From NCBI GenBank assembly GCA_965224195.1, contig OZ245040.1, forward strand, positions 1,376,001-1,440,000: 64,000 nt of DNA. Reading direction: 5' to 3'. A program made the position numbers and the translations under genes. The DNA comes from Nitrosopumilus sp. (GTDB lineage: Archaea; Thermoproteota; Nitrososphaeria; Nitrososphaerales; Nitrosopumilaceae). Position 1 is the first letter of the stretch; every line of letters starts with the position of its first letter. The notes beneath the pieces are model-generated. The model was not told the origin of the DNA. It saw nothing but the letters and a program-made list of their open reading frames with translations, and made no database searches. Positions 20,636 through 31,000 of this stretch are shown one piece after another.

Positions 20636-20721
20636 GATACTTTTATCCTACCTATTTTGATATGCAGGTTATAATATCATAGTTTTGACACTGTAGATTA
20701 TCCCATCAAGGTTCTGTCAAG

Positions 20722-21084
20722 TTAGCGAGGCTTTAGACCGTCCAAAGTCTCTTTTACAATATCTTTCATTTTCAAATCAAGATGAACACCTTTAGCTTTG
20801 AGATTAACCTCTAAACTTCGAGGTGTAAACTCTGGCTCTGATATGGAATAATCCTCATCAATCTCTTCAGTTTCATCAAACGCTTCTGGTTCAGAAAGAA
20901 TTTCTTTTGTAGCAATCTCTCCCATTGTTCCAATCTCATAAGGTATGTTTCTACTAAATTCAGGTTTGGGAGGTGGAGTCGGTTTTGTAAAACAACGATG
21001 CGTCTTAATTGCAACAATTTTTGGACATCTCAGACAGTCATAGTAATCCCCTCTAGAAATTGTAAATATTCCAGTCGTTCTCAA
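20722..21084 (-). pseudogene. Truncated ORF resembling the N-terminus of a Cas4/RecB-like PD-(D/E)XK nuclease
   Basis: ISRGDYYDCLRCPK...GTMGE pattern; the stop codon lies inside the IS6-type end. Confidence 0.4.
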
Positions 21085-21108
21085 ACTCTTTTATCCCTAA
21101 GACATATG

Positions 21109-21282
21109 TCATGTTGAGATCTTTTCAGACTCATTTATCATCTTAGCATATTCAGATCTAAAAATTGGCACCTTGATATATTTCTTCGGGGCTTTTTTTC
21201 CTGTGAAAAGCCTGTGTGCCAAGTTGTCGTTGTGATCAATCAGATATATGCGGTTCTTCCCCACTACAGTTTTACAAACCAT
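21109..21282 (-). CDS. Putative 57-aa hypothetical protein
   Basis: Translated by hand: MVCKTVVGKNRIYLIDHND...; its start lies in a 20-bp tandem duplication (~21269-21316). Confidence 0.35.
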   Translation of the reverse strand: MVCKTVVGKNRIYLIDHNDNLAHRLFTGKKAPKKYIKVPIFRSEYAKMINESEKIST

Positions 21283-21291
21283 CTATTAGTT

Positions 21292-21699
21292 TTACAAACC
21301 ATCTATTAGTTTTACAGACATTTCCTGTATCTCATACGAGCTAAGTGAAATTAAATAGTCAACATTGTATTTTTTGTTTACGCACAAACACAAATTGATA
21401 TATTTCAAAATCATTGCTTTTTTGAGGTAAGAAATATTTTCAAGTTTATTTTGTTCTGTTTTTGGCAGAAACTCTACCAGTAATGTTTTGCCTTCTCTCA
21501 TATCCTTGTTTAGTTCTATCAATCTTTTTCGGGGTAATTTTACCAAAGATTTCACGGAATACTTTAGATGACAATATTTGGATAATCTAATGTGTGAAAG
21601 TATTAACCCACGTCTGTATTGACCGATACTTTTTAACATGTCTTGCTGAGAAGTTGTAATGTATTTCATCATTTTCTCACGCCCTCGATTTTTTGACAT
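21292..21699 (-). CDS. Hypothetical basic protein with two internal sequence repeats
   Basis: 135-aa ORF; LILSHIRLS..KYSV and MILKYINLC..KYNV are similar. Confidence 0.55.
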   Translation of the reverse strand: MSKNRGREKMMKYITTSQQDMLKSIGQYRRGLILSHIRLSKYCHLKYSVKSLVKLPRKRLIELNKDMREGKTLLVEFLPKTEQNKLENISYLKKAMILKYINLCLCVNKKYNVDYLISLSSYEIQEMSVKLIDGL

Positions 21700-21787
21700 G
21701 GTTGTTAGTTGGAAATACGGTAATTAAGTGTGATCAAGCAAAGATTGTTTCAGGTATCCTAGTCATTTCTACACTATTGCAAACAAC

Positions 21788-22658
21788 TCACTTGAGTTTA
21801 AGATCTTTATTATACCAACCCTCGTCATTCAGCTGGCCTACAGGCATTGTTGCAATTATTTGAGGTGTTGTAGAATGGGGATCACATCCGTAATCATCAC
21901 TGGGAATAGTGTATATTCCCGCACAAGGAGCAGCATTTAACAAAAGAGTGGATTGGTGATTCATCATTATTAATAGTAAAAGACGCGATGGTTTTGGTTC
22001 TTTTTTCAAAATGTTCACGCATATCTGACACATTATTATATTGACAATAATACGAGTCATGATCAGGTGACCAAGTGAAACCTTTGTCAGTTACCAGTTT
22101 TATATCTCTGAGACAAAAATCAGGCGGACTGCGTTGCTCACCGCTCTTGCTCTCAAATGAGATGTAGAGATGACATTGATCCTTTTCTACATAATCACAA
22201 CGCCATCCAGTACAGTTATCTTCAGATATGTTATCTTTAGATATGTCATCTCCATGACCTTTGATTAAACCAAATAATTTAAAATCAAAACCATCAATAT
22301 GCCATTCGGTGTTGGCATATGCTTCTACAATATTTACAGACTTGTAGTTCAACTGTTTTTTCAGTTCATCATTCTCTGCAACCGCTCTTTCATGCTCAAG
22401 TTTTAGAGCATCATACATTGATTCGGCCATCTCCTTGCTCTGCTTCAATTCTTCCATAGACGTGTCTGAGACCAGCAGAATCTTGTTTTCAATCAAATAT
22501 TCAATTCCCTTTAGAAACTCATCATCACTTATCTTCCCTTCTACCCAGAACTCAGCTATGCCCTTAATCCATACTGGGATTGTATCGCTTTGAGAGTATG
22601 CAAAACCAACACTTGAAATTATCATAATGAATAAAGTAATGCTGATTAGAACTCTCAA
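21788..22658 (-). CDS. Secreted protein with the thaumarchaeal IPxWIK..W..G.I.D.EF..GI.YLI motif; possible 3' frameshift
   Basis: Signal peptide, IPVWIKGIAEFWVEGKISDDEFLKGIEYLI, coiled coil; overlapping ORF 21788-22060 may be the shifted C-terminus. Confidence 0.7.
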
Positions 22659-22963
22659 TTAAAGACCGAAATTTTAGGCATTATAAAAAGATACAAACAT
22701 GAATCCCATGAGAATCCATATTCAAGTGTATAACTTTACAGAACCATATATAACAAGATTTAAGAGAAACATGTTTGTATGTATTGTATCGGTAGGCTAG
22801 ATGCGAGAAATAATCAATACTCCCAGGACATGCTATCATTTTCATGGTCATTTGATGCCTGCCAAAAAATAGACAAGGTACAAAAAGAGATCTTAACATC
22901 GTCCACAAATGAGGACAATGTTAGGTTGTGTATGTTACAATTTTTATCAGTTCAACTTTGCAG

Positions 22964-23937
22964 TCATTTGAAAGAAAAGACAGGATCAAAGACTTGGCCC
23001 AAATCCAGATCAGCAACCAAGACATCACCATCAGGCTCAAAAGCAATACTAACAGGAGACATAAGATTATGGGCACTATTAGGATCTTCAGAACCAAAGC
23101 AAGTCTTGTAATTATAGGTCGAATTAAAGACTTGAATGCGGGAGTTGCCAGTATCAGCTACAAATATGTCGCCGTTAGGAGGGCCAAAAATACACCATTA
23201 GGTGAGTTAAACTGTCTATCACCTAAACCTACAACTGCCAAAAGAAGACTTTAAAGTACCATTGTAAAAAAACAGAGATTTTACTCGCACCCCTATTAGC
23301 AACCAAGAGATCACCATCAGGCTCAAAAGCAATATCATAAGGAACAGAAAGTACATTACCACCAAACTCAGACTTGTAAGAAATACCAGTAACAGCAGAC
23401 TGGGAAGCAGAAGGAGGAGCAACAGCAGACTGGGAAGCAGAAGGAGGAGCAACAGCAGACTGGGAAGCAGAAGGAGGAGCAACAGCAGACTGGGAAGCAG
23501 AAGGAGGAGCAACAGCAGACTGGGAAGCAGAAGGAGGAGCAGATCTAGAAAGCCTTTCTAAAGACTGACCTTCAAACGGCAACAGCTTTACTCGCACGTT
23601 ATCTGATCTGCCATCATCATCAAGTAATCGGATGTAAATCTTGCATGACTTGTCATCAGCTACATCAAATGTATAAGATGTTTCTGAACCATCCAGAACT
23701 GTCTTGGTTTTTTTGCCTTGACAGTTATTCCTTATGATATATTTTTTTACGCCGTCTTGCGCATCCCAAGACAGTGTGGCTGTGCCGTCATAATCATAAT
23801 CACCATCATCTCTCCCCCCCCCCATTGCGTGCCACTGTGACGCCTTGAGGTGTAATATCAGCATATATGGCAACAGGTGAGACTATGAGAACCAAAGCCA
23901 ATGCAGTTATGACAAATATGGAAAAGATAATGTTCAT
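22964..23937 (-). pseudogene. Multiply frameshifted secreted FN3-like plus NHL-repeat protein
   Basis: Signal peptide MNIIFSIFVITALALVLIVSPVAIYA from 23937, then a G10 tract, ATLSWDA domain, SAVAPPSASQ linker and NHL blades PYDIAFEPDGDLLVAN / GDIFVADTGNSRIQVF / PVSIAFEPDGDVLVAD in different frames. Confidence 0.8.
23391..23540. repeat. 30-bp tandem repeat x5 (coding SAVAPPSASQ linker)
   Basis: AACAGCAGACTGGGAAGCAGAAGGAGGAGC repeated exactly five times with no spacers. Confidence 0.97.
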
Positions 23938-24081
23938 ATCAGAAATCAATTTTTACAGTAAATAGCTCTTTTGATTCTTGGGTCAGTTAGAATTGATGCA
24001 GGTCTGCCGTGCTTTGCAATTGCTTCTCTGAGGACTAGATGGCGTTGTCTGTTGTTGCTTTTGCAAACACGCCATGATGAA

Positions 24082-25086
24082 TTATAAATCTTGATGCATC
24101 ATCCTGATTCTGCGGCATCCAGATACTGCAGCAACAACAATGCCCACAGGCAGCACCCCATACATCAGTAAGTTAAGCACGATGACAAATGAGCCGTGCA
24201 GTACGACTGAGAGTTCGCTGGCAGGATCTGCCAGACCCATCACATTTAACGAGTATATCATTGGGGTAATGTATATCTTGACTGCCTCTCTGAACATGGG
24301 ATTCTCCCGCTGATAGTCTGAGACTAGTGGCGAGAATGCATAATAAAGCGAGTTAAATGACTCCATAAAGATGCCTGCTGACTGTGTGTGTGAGAGCTGG
24401 TTGTCCCTTATTTCACGCAGCATCTGGACTTGGGGTGCCAGTTCTGTTCCGTAGGCAGCTGTGGCAATGAGGCATCCGCCGCCGTCTCCATTATTCTTCT
24501 CATCAGTACTCACAGCGGATTCTGCCACACATTTGCCGTCATGCAAAATTGTACCAGGACCGCACGTCATCTCTTTTGTGGGCTCTTCTTTTATTGGTTC
24601 TGGAACATATCCATCAGGCACATCACCACTACTACTACTGCTACTACTATCATCATCACTACTACTGCTATCATCACTTTGTTTGACAGTTACAGTACCG
24701 CTCATCCAGGGTTGCAGCGGTGAGAAAAACTCAACAGAGCCGGATTTCACAAAGGTGTAAGAGAATGACCCGTTAGGTAAAATCACGCCTGAGTCAAACA
24801 GAACACCTGCATTATCATCGAGAATCCTGCCAGATACAACGCCGACAGGGTATGACTGTTCATTGTGCCATGTTACGGTGTCATACTGGCTTATCTGCAT
24901 CAGATGGGCAGACCAGCATGTGGCATCCTCCTCACACCCGGAAAAATTATCACTGGCAGCAACAAACACGTCATATGATTCAGCAGCATACGCCATTCCG
25001 ACTGGAACAAGCAGAATCAGCAAAAGGATGCAGGAAAAACCATACATTGTAAAACCATTTACCGAATCAGTCATCATCATCATCAT
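24082..25086 (-). CDS. Cupredoxin-like, CFI-box-CTERM surface protein
   Basis: Signal peptide; DTVTWHN..FDSG..FSYTF..PWMSGTVTV cupredoxin pattern; GGGCLIATAAYGTELAPQVQMLREIRD; C-terminal transmembrane helix. Confidence 0.88.
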   Translation of the reverse strand: MMMMMTDSVNGFTMYGFSCILLLILLVPVGMAYAAESYDVFVAASDNFSGCEEDATCWSAHLMQISQYDTVTWHNEQSYPVGVVSGRILDDNAGVLFDSGVILPNGSFSYTFVKSGSVEFFSPLQPWMSGTVTVKQSDDSSSSDDDSSSSSSSGDVPDGYVPEPIKEEPTKEMTCGPGTILHDGKCVAESAVSTDEKNNGDGGGCLIATAAYGTELAPQVQMLREIRDNQLSHTQSAGIFMESFNSLYYAFSPLVSDYQRENPMFREAVKIYITPMIYSLNVMGLADPASELSVVLHGSFVIVLNLLMYGVLPVGIVVAAVSGCRRIRMMHQDL

Positions 25087-28000
25087 TATTTTAAGACGCC
25101 CACCATGTAAGACAAGACTATCTTTAGCTGCTCTACTGAAATCTGATTTTTATATACCATCTCTCCAAGGTATTTCTTTATCCATTTTGGCAATGATACG
25201 TCAGGTGGCAGGTCATTTGTAATGCCAAGTGACTTTATCAGCTCAGCATCAGTTGCAGAGAATTCAGAGTATCCTGCCCATCTCTTTATCATCTCATTTT
25301 GCTTTTTGATGGCATCAGTGCTCTGGGTGTCAGATGATGGTGGTAGCAGTTTAATCACCTTATCATCTTGGGCGATGGCTGTCTTTGATGCATCAAGGCA
25401 TGTTCCATCATGATTCATCACCTGCTCAGACAGACATGCAAAGGTTCCAGGTTCAGGGTCCATACATAAGCCATTATCCAGCAACAATTTGCCTGCATCA
25501 CATGATGATGTGATGTCGTCAGATGATGCAATAGTGTCAGATGATGCAATAGTGTCAGATGATGCAGAGTCAGATAAAGAGCCTTGCGCATCATTCTGTG
25601 CTGTTACAGTCAGAGCATTATGAATGGTAAATGTCAGGGCATTTCGCCTGTCATCCCATGCATATATTTGAATGTCAGAGGTATCCATTGCTTTGCCAAA
25701 GGTTACAGAATAGTCCCATGTTGCAACGCGTACATCAACTTTGGCAATACTGACAGACGCATTCTCAATTAGTCCGTTTGGATCAATTATTTTCAGGGAG
25801 TTGCTGTTATTATTATTGTTGTTGCCATCATTGTATTTTTTGTCCCAGACTAGTTTTGTGTCACTGTCACATATTTGGTTGTTTGATATTTGCTTGTTCA
25901 GACACAGCTCAACATGAGAGATGTTCTCCCATGATATGTTATCATGCATTGTCAATGATATCGGGATTGATTGGCCTGTCTGTACTAGTACGGGGTTGTC
26001 TAGTGTGTGGTCCAATCGGGATGGCTCTGGAGATATTCCCACTGTTCCGATGAATATGGTGTTGGTTTTCCCATCAAAGGAGGTGGTGGGGAATGAAGGC
26101 GGAGTGGACTCGGTACTGCTGCTGCTGCTGCTACCTCCTCCAGAACTACGGCCAGTTCCTGTAATGGTAATGTGATTGTCCGGTGATGCATCTATTTGAT
26201 TGCCTGAAACATCAGATACTGCTCCTTTCAGGATGTCCAGTTGTGGGGCAGTCAATGCAATGACTGATTCCCTTTGGGATGCAGTCAGCTCAATTTCTAT
26301 GAAATTACTGTTGCCGACAGTTTTAACTGTTGCATCACTCAGGACAGTACCGCTGCTGCTTGCTGACTCACTGATGAATAATTTGGATAGATCAAGAGAG
26401 GAAGCCAATGCGTACTCGTGGATGGCATCACCAGCATTACCTACAACAAACATCTTTGTTCCAGCTGGGTTAAATGCCACACCTGTTGGATTTGCATCCT
26501 GTAAAGATACTGAGAAAGTGTCTGCATGGGTGGGGGCAGATATGTCAAAGGGGGCAGACAGGGCGTACTCGTGGATGGCATCACCAGCATTACCTACAAC
26601 AAACATCTTTGTTCCATCTGTGTTAAATGCTACATCTGCCGGAGTTGCATCCTGGCCAGATACTGGGAAAGAGACATCTGCAAAGACGGAGGAGGATACG
26701 TCAAAGGGGACAGATAATGTATACTCGTAGACACGATCATATTGAGCACCTATAACAAACATCTTTGTTCCATTTGTGCTAAATGCCATGCCTGTTGGAC
26801 TAGTTTCCTGGTCAGATACTGGGAAAGAGTCATTTGCAAAGACGGAGGAGGATACGTCAAAGGGAGTATCTAATGCGTACTCGTGGATCTCTCCACCAGC
26901 ATTACCTACAACAAACATCTTTGTTCCATCTGTGTTAAATGCTACATCTGCCGGAGTTGCATCCTGGTCAGATACTGGGAAAGGATCTACAAAGGAGAGA
27001 GTAGATACGTCAAAGGGGTCAGACAGTGTGTACTCGTTGATATCCTTACCAGTAGCACCTGCAACAAACATCTTTGTTCCATCTGTGCTAAATGCCATGC
27101 CTGTTGGACTAGTTTCCTGCGTACCTACTGAGAAAGATCTGTCTGTATGGGCGGCAGTAGACAAGTCAAAGCCCTCGTTTGTTATTGTCTCATCAAAAGT
27201 TATTGCCAAGACTCCTGTTCCCTCATTTAACGTTGCTGACTGAAATTTTGGAGGGGTGCTGTCAGCAGATGGTGATGGTGGCTGTACAGCATTGGTGGTA
27301 GTCACGGCATTATCTGTTGCTGCATCAATGGCATTTCCTGATATGTCCCGTACGGCGCCTACCCCAATGTCAAGCTGCGGTGTGAGAGAGTTTGCAAGTA
27401 CTGTGCTTATCTGTGGTAAAGTCAGCTGAATCAGGATTTCAGTACTGTTGCCTGTTGTTTGAACTGCCGCACCGTCAAGTGACACCTGGTTTACAGTGTT
27501 AGGTGCGCTGAGGAACAGATTTGTCAGGTCAATGTCCGTAGTTGGCGTGTTGTCTATTCTCTCATCAAATATGATTGTCAGCATGCCAGTACCTGCATCA
27601 AATGCTGCAGACTCAAAGGCGGGCTTTACAGCATCAGGGACAGTATTCACGGTATTGTCATCTGATGCGTCAATGGCATTTCCAAACAGGTCAGTTACTG
27701 CAGAGTCTGCAATGTCAAGCTGCGGTTCAGTAGAGTTGCCAATTACGTTGGTCCTCTGCCTCTCAGTTAGGGTAATTTCAATCTCAGCGCTGTCACCGCT
27801 TGTGTCAATGCCAGCACCGGTAAGCGGTGTCTGGTTTACTGTGTTAGGTGCGCTAAGGAACAGCTTTGTCAGGTCAATGTCTGAGAAATTAGTGTTGGCT
27901 ATTCTCTCATCAAATATGATTGTCAGCTTGCCGGTGCCTGCATCAAGTGAGGCTGAATCAAATGTTGGCGGGGTATTGTCAGCAGATGGTGGTACTGGCA

Positions 28001-31000
28001 CAACAGGTACTACAGGCATATTAAAGATGATATGTGCAAAAGACTCTAAACTATCATAGTTTGCTACAGTGACAACTGCATATACAACTATGCGGTATGA
28101 CTCACCTGATGTCAGGCCTGTTATCGTATATGAGGTGTTAATCATATCACTGTCGTGTTCAGGTATACGATCACCGGTAGCAGGATTATAGACCTCCACG
28201 GTATATGATATATCATCAATAGTATAGAATGGATTGGCAGGTATTGCAGGTGCAGTCCAAGTGATTTCAGCGGCTGTGCCGTTTATGACATTGACTAAAA
28301 GGTTAGTTGGCGCATCAAGTGGTGGCGGCATATCAAAGGAGGTAGACAAGGCAATTGATTGCACATGGCTTGATCCAACGTCAGCATATGCAACTACATG
28401 TACAATGTATGACTTACCCAGTGTCAGGCCTGTTGCCGTATATGAGGTGTCAGTTACATGATGATTGCTGAGTTGAGAACCGTCAGAATCAACGACAGTC
28501 ACTTGATAACTCACACCATCAACGGTATAGAAGTCATTGGCATCCACTGTAGGTGCAGTCCAGGTGATTTCAGCGGCTGTGCCGTTTATGACATTGACTA
28601 AAAGGTTAGTTGGCTTGTCAAGTGACGGAGGTTCAGACACAGCAAAGGATACAGCTGCGGTAGGTTGGGAGTTCAGAACGGTTGAATCTGACAACAAGGC
28701 TTTTGCCTCTACTGTTACCTCATAAGATTTGCCCGGTATCAGGTTTGTTGCCGTATGTGTGGTAGTGGTGCCGTCAGATATGGTATACGGTACGGTGGTG
28801 CCAGCAGCAGTATCAGTGACATTCACGAGATAGGATACGGAATTAATGTCATAGAATGGATTGGCAGGTATTGCAGGTGCAGTCCAGGTGATTTCAGCGG
28901 CTGTGCCGTTTATGACATTGACTGAAAGGTTAGTTGGCGCATCAAGTGGCGGAGGTGTCGGCATATCAAAGGATACAGCTGTGGCAGATGATTCCAAATC
29001 ATCGCCTGAATCTAGCAAGACTATTGCCTTTACAGATGCATTATAGGACTTGCCCGGTATCAGGTTTGTTGCCGTATGCGTGGTGATGGTGCCGTCAGAT
29101 ATGGTATACGGTACGGTGGTGCCAGCAGCAGTATCAGTAACATTCACGAGATAGGATACGGAATTAATGTCATAGAATGGATTGGCAGGTATTGCAGGTG
29201 CAGTCCAAGTGATTTCAGCGGCTGTGCCGTTTATGACATTGACTAAAAGGTTAGTTGGCGCATCAAGTGATGGCGGCTGTACACTGTTAGTTACTGCAAT
29301 GGCATTGTTTAGTGCCGCAACTATTTGATTGCCTGAAACATCAAATACTGCCGCTTCTAGGATGTCCAGTTCTGGGACAGTCAATGCAATGACTGCCAGT
29401 CTTTGGGATTCGGTCAGCTTGATCTCTATGGAGGTGCTGTTGCCTACAGTTTCAATGCTGGCACCAGTCAGTACCGTGCCGGTACCATTAGCACTTCCCG
29501 ACTCACTGATGAGCAGTTTGGATAAATCAAAGGGGGCAGTAGTAGACAAGCCCTCGTTTGCTATTATCTCATCAAAAGTTATTGCCAAGACTCCTGTTTC
29601 CTCATCCAGTGCGGCTGACTCTAATTTTGGCGGGATGCTGTCAACAGGTACTGTATATTTAATAAAAGTAGTAGAATGTACCGAGCCCTCATAATTGTAT
29701 AGAACCAAGTAAATAGTATATGTACGTCCAGGATCAACGTTTTTAATTATTTGTGATGTTGGCCTATCATCTTCATATTTAAAGTCCTTTAAAGGCACAA
29801 GTCCTCTTGAGTCATCACCATCACCCAAAGTCAGGTCATAAAAAACTATATCACTGGATATTGAAAGCCATGACACCTTGATTGCATCACTGCCATCCAT
29901 TGCAGCAGTTAATTGTATGTCTTTTGGTGTTTCAGTAAATGGTATGCTTTCTAGAGGAGCTGATAATCCTTTATCAGTAACACCCCCATCAACACCAGGA
30001 AATATTAGACTATTAACACCACCACCAGAAGGATATATTGGAGTTACTTGAAACCTGCATATGCCGCCTATATCCAAATTATCTATAGACACAGATGTAA
30101 AGCCAGTATGAATCTCAGTATATTTTGTACCATGAGTAGCAGGACAATTGTATGAGATACTATAATAATCTAATACTTTATCACCTGAATTTGCTGGTGC
30201 TTTCCATGTTAAAGTGACTCTTTTGTTACCTGTTTTTTCTATCTCTAAATTTTGTACTTTAATCTGATCTGCTGATGGCGGTGTGCCTGCACCGCTATCT
30301 ACTACTACTACTGCTGCTGCTGGCATATTAAAGGAGGCAGATACCTCAACTGATTCCACAGTATAGCTTGATCCAACGACAGCATATGCAACTACATATA
30401 CATTGTATGACTCACCCGGTGTCAGGCCTGTTGCCGTATATGAGGTGCCAGTTATAGAACCACTTGATGCAGCACCAGAATCGCCAGAATCAACGACAGT
30501 CACTTGATAATTCACATTATTAATGGTATAATACTCATTGGCATCCACTGTAGGTGCAGTCCAAGTGATAGTAGCTGTGGTGCCAGATACAGCCACTGAA
30601 AGGTTGGTTGGAGCATCAAGTGATGGTGGTAGCGGCATATCAAAGGATACAACTGCGGTAGGTTGGGAGGACAGAACGGTTGAATCTGACAACAAGGCTT
30701 TTGCCTCTACGGTTACCTCATAAAATTGGCCCAATATCAGGTTCGTTGTATGCTCGGTAGTGCCAGCAGGTACGGTATACGGTACGGTGGTGCCAGCAGC
30801 AGTATCAGTGACATTCACGATATAGGATACGGAATTAATGTCATAGAATGAATTGGCCGGTATTGCAGGTGCAGTCCAGGTGATGGTAGCTGTGGTGCCA
30901 GATACTGCCACTGAAAGGCCAGTTGGCGCAGCAAGTGGTGGTGGTAGTACTGCTGCTACACTGTTAGTTACTGCAATGGCATTGTTTAGTGCTGCAACTA

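Larger units (their letters stand above)
20710..22745. mobile_element. Transposase-less cassette bounded by IS6-type inverted ends
   Basis: GGTTCTGTCAAGTTA (20710-20724) and TAACTTTACAGAACC (22731-22745) match 14/15 as inverted repeats; same family as the TIRs at 47758, 50912, 53442 and 53477; no TSD seen. Confidence 0.65.

Noticed and set aside
20722-21084. A functional Cas4 or CRISPR adaptation module
   Set aside because: Only a weak N-terminal resemblance; truncated at the IS end; no nuclease core, cas1 or array
22779-23512. ORFs 22779-23111(+), 22928-23254(+) and the poly-Leu ORF 23219-23512(-)
   Set aside because: Antisense or alternate-frame readings of the NHL pseudogene and its 30-bp repeat
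23391-23540. 30-bp repeats as a CRISPR array
   Set aside because: The copies are head-to-tail with no spacers, the unit is 10 codons of a Ser/Ala/Pro linker, and there is no cas operon
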